Source: a virus. Taken from it: DNA of 6,467 bases. Location of the stretch: positions 1 to 6,467 of IMG/VR virus record IMGVR_UViG_3300039369_000001; one strand, given 5' to 3'. The position numbers were made by a program, and so were the translations under genes. Under the pieces are notes generated by a model. The model did no database searches. It was not told where the DNA came from and worked only from the letters and a program-made list of their open reading frames with translations. Positions 4,495 to 6,467 of the stretch are shown piece by piece. Every line of letters begins with the position of its first letter. Position 1 is the first letter of the stretch.

Positions 4495-4688
4495 AAATTA
4501 CTCCTGCCCAGTGGATTAAGCTTGTACAGCTTATTTCCACATTTATTATTGGTGTGATTACTGCTCTTACAGTACAGTCTTGTACTGCGTCTATGTCTGT
4601 GTTTTGGAAAAATCAAAATTCAAAACAGGATTCTCAACAAACTACCCAGCAAAAGGTAGATTCTGTAACTATTAAACCTAATTTTTAA
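4491..4688 (+). CDS. Small membrane-anchored or lipoprotein-like protein (65 aa); candidate lysis or exclusion factor.
   Basis: Product: MKITPAQWIKLVQLISTFIIGVITALTVQSC-TASMSVFWKNQNSKQDSQQTTQQKVDSVTIKPNF. It has a basic n-region, a hydrophobic span of about 20 residues and a lipobox-like V-Q-S-C (Cys31 encoded at 4581-4583). The tail is polar and rich in Q, S, T and K. The stop TAA (4686-4688) abuts the capsid ATG (4689). Confidence 0.6.
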   Translation: MKITPAQWIKLVQLISTFIIGVITALTVQSCTASMSVFWKNQNSKQDSQQTTQQKVDSVTIKPNF

Positions 4689-6467
4689 ATGGCACAAAAT
4701 GTTTTTGACGCTACATTTGATGTGAATAATCGCATTGATGTAAATTCTTTTGATTGGTCTCATGTGAATAATTTGACTACTGATTTTGGTCGTATTACTC
4801 CTGTCTTCTGTGAGCTTGTTCCTGCTAAAGGTTCTCTTCGTATTAATCCCGAGTTTGGTCTTGAGTTGATGCCTATGGTCTTCCCTGTTCAAACTCGTAT
4901 GTTTGCTCGTTTGAACTTCTTCAAGGTTACGCTTCGTTCTATGTGGGAAGACTATTCTGATTTTATTTCTAATTTCCGTGAAGATTTGGAGGAGCCTTAT
5001 TTACTTCTCGGTTCTTCTAATTTTTCTTCTATGCTTGGTACCGGTTCTCTTGGTGATTATCTTGGTGTCCCTACTCGGAATGTTGGTAATGAAGTTCCCT
5101 TGACTTCTGTAGTTAATCAATGTTCGGCTAATTCTATGAAGGTTTATAGCCCTTCAGTTACTCTTCAAGACGCTACTTCATCTATTATGTCTGGTTCTCA
5201 ACCTTCTTCTACTTGTGCCCTGTCATTTGGTAATTCTGATGGTCGTTCACAGGTAGCTTCTTTTGATGTTAATGTATCTGGCTATAATGATGCTATGCGT
5301 TCGTATCAATTGTATCTAGGTATTAAGAAAGCTAATGGTAAGGATTTGAATTCTTATTCTGGTTCTATCCTTTTTGGTACTTCTGAAAAATCTTATAAAT
5401 TTTTTAGAAATGTTACTTTTCGTTGGAATTCGACTACGTCTCTTTATGAGGCTCGTCTTACTTTTAATGAGAAATATTCCTCTATTAAGGTTTTATTGCA
5501 AACTTCTCCGGGTGTTGCTGGTTCTTCGTTATGGCTATTTGGTCCAAATGCTGCTTCTGCTTTAGCTTTTGTTGGTGAATCTGAAACTACTTATCAGACT
5601 ACTCCGTTTGCTACAAAGGATAAACCGGCTAATCTTCGTTTGCTTGCTTATCGTTTTCGTGCTTATGAATCTGTGTATAATGCTTATTATCGTGATATCC
5701 GTAATAATCCGTTTGTAGTTAATGGTCGTCCTGTTTATAACAAATGGCTTCCTACTATGAAAGGTGGTGCAGATGATACTACATATACTCTTCATCAATG
5801 TAATTGGGAACGTGACTTCCTGACTACTGCTGTACCTAATCCTCAACAAGGTGCTAACGCTCCTCTCGTCGGTCTTACCGTAGGTGATGTTGTTACCCGT
5901 TCTGAAGATGGTACGTTGTCTGTTCAAAAACAAACTGTTCTTGTTGACGAAGATGGCGCTAAATATGGTGTTTCTTACAGAGTATCTGAAGATGGTGAAC
6001 GTCTTGTAGGTGTTGATTACGACCCTGTTTCGGAAAAAACACCTGTGACTGCTATTAATTCCTATGCTGAATTGGCTGCCCTTGCTACGGAACAAGGTTC
6101 AGGTTTCACAATTGAAACTCTCCGGTATGTCAATGCTTACCAAAAGTTCTTGGAGCTTAATATGCGTAAAGGTTTCTCGTATAAGCAAATCATGCAAGGT
6201 CGTTGGGATATTGATATTCGGTTTGATGAACTTCTTATGCCTGAATTTATTGGAGGTATTTCCCGTGAATTGTCTATGCGCACCGTCGAACAAACCGTTG
6301 ACCAACAAAGTGCGTCTTCTCAAGGACAATATGCAGAGGCTCTTGGTTCTAAGACAGGTATCGCTGGTGTTTATGGTTCTACATCTAATAATATTGAAGT
6401 ATTCTGTGATGAGGAATCGTATATTATTGGTTTGTTAACTGTTACTCCTGTGCCTATTTATACACAA
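4689..6467 (+). CDS. VP1: Major capsid protein (VP1 / phiX174 F-like), 5' portion. The frame is open to the window end and continues at 99..512 in the circular genome, for about 730 aa in total.
   Basis: It is absent from the ORF track only because no stop falls inside the window. My translation found no in-frame stop between 5040 and 6467. Product: MAQNVFDATFDVNNRIDVNSFDWSHVNNLTTDFGRITPVFCELVPAKGSLRINPEF.... Conserved Microviridae capsid blocks include GSLGDYLGVP (from about 5046), LRLLAYRFRAYESVYNAYYRD (from about 5634), NWERDFLTTAVPNPQQG, and TIETLRYVNAYQKFLELNMRKG...MPEFIGG. Confidence 0.95.
   Translation, partial: MAQNVFDATFDVNNRIDVNSFDWSHVNNLTTDFGRITPVFCELVPAKGSLRINPEFGLELMPMVFPVQTRMFARLNFFKVTLRSMWEDYSDFISNFREDLEEPYLLLGSSNFSSMLGTGSLGDYLGVPTRNVGNEVPLTSVVNQCSANSMKVYSPSVTLQDATSSIMSGSQPSSTCALSFGNSDGRSQVASFDVNVSGYNDAMRSYQLYLGIKKANGKDLNSYSGSILFGTSEKSYKFFRNVTFRWNSTTSLYEARLTFNEKYSSIKVLLQTSPGVAGSSLWLFGPNAASALAFVGESETTYQTTPFATKDKPANLRLLAYRFRAYESVYNAYYRDIRNNPFVVNGRPVYNKWLPTMKGGADDTTYTLHQCNWERDFLTTAVPNPQQGANAPLVGLTVGDVVTRSEDGTLSVQKQTVLVDEDGAKYGVSYRVSEDGERLVGVDYDPVSEKTPVTAINSYAELAALATEQGSGFTIETLRYVNAYQKFLELNMRKGFSYKQIMQGRWDIDIRFDELLMPEFIGGISRELSMRTVEQTVDQQSASSQGQYAEALGSKTGIAGVYGSTSNNIEVFCDEESYIIGLLTVTPVPIYTQ
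6370..6467. repeat. Terminal redundancy (copy 2), identical to 1-98.
   Basis: 98/98 identity with the window start. Confidence 0.97.

Noticed and set aside
946-6329. All minus-strand ORFs in the track: 946-1170, 1176-1388, 1467-1769, 3117-3359, 3414-3629, 4134-4319, 4371-4616, 4620-4892, 5562-6095 (177 aa) and 6099-6329.
   Set aside because: Each lies entirely antisense to a well-supported + strand gene. Their products are low-complexity (rich in R, S, I, N, T and F) and carry no motif. Microviridae transcribe a single strand. The long 5562-6095 ORF is the expected by-product of a stop-poor antisense frame in a T-rich coding strand.

Overview
The window is one complete, circularly permuted genome of a Microviridae-type ssDNA phage. 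The unit length is 6369 nt, and a 98-nt terminal redundancy (1-98 is identical to 6370-6467) closes the circle. All credible genes are on the + strand and tightly packed. The major capsid protein (VP1/F-like, about 730 aa) starts at 4689, runs off the 3' end and finishes at 512. It is followed by a 107-aa protein (856-1179), the minor capsid/DNA pilot protein (VP2/H-like, 1182-2330) and the rolling-circle replication initiator (VP4/gpA-like HUH endonuclease, 2526-3881). A translationally coupled string of four very small ORFs (3974-4688) ends exactly at the capsid start codon; one of them (4330-4494) is too short for the supplied ORF track. Three non-coding regions (513-855, 2331-2525, 3882-3973) hold most of the unexplained structure. 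These include a roughly 120-nt rod-like hairpin with plus-strand-only G.T wobble pairs and a cluster of GC-rich hairpins. There is also a 9/10 match to the phiX174 gpA cleavage decamer flanked by hairpins, a GCGAAGC mini-hairpin just before the rep start codon, and four TTAAC motifs phased at exactly 11 nt. Start codons lack Shine-Dalgarno sequences and sit behind pure A/T tracts, and TAnnTTTG motifs occur in the non-coding regions. Together these point to a Bacteroidetes host (Alpavirinae-like), which is an inference. No canonical lysis gene is visible. The candidates are a 65-aa signal-anchor/lipoprotein-like ORF and, more speculatively, an E-like overprinted ORF inside VP2. No rRNA, tRNA, CRISPR array, integrase or transposase was seen.
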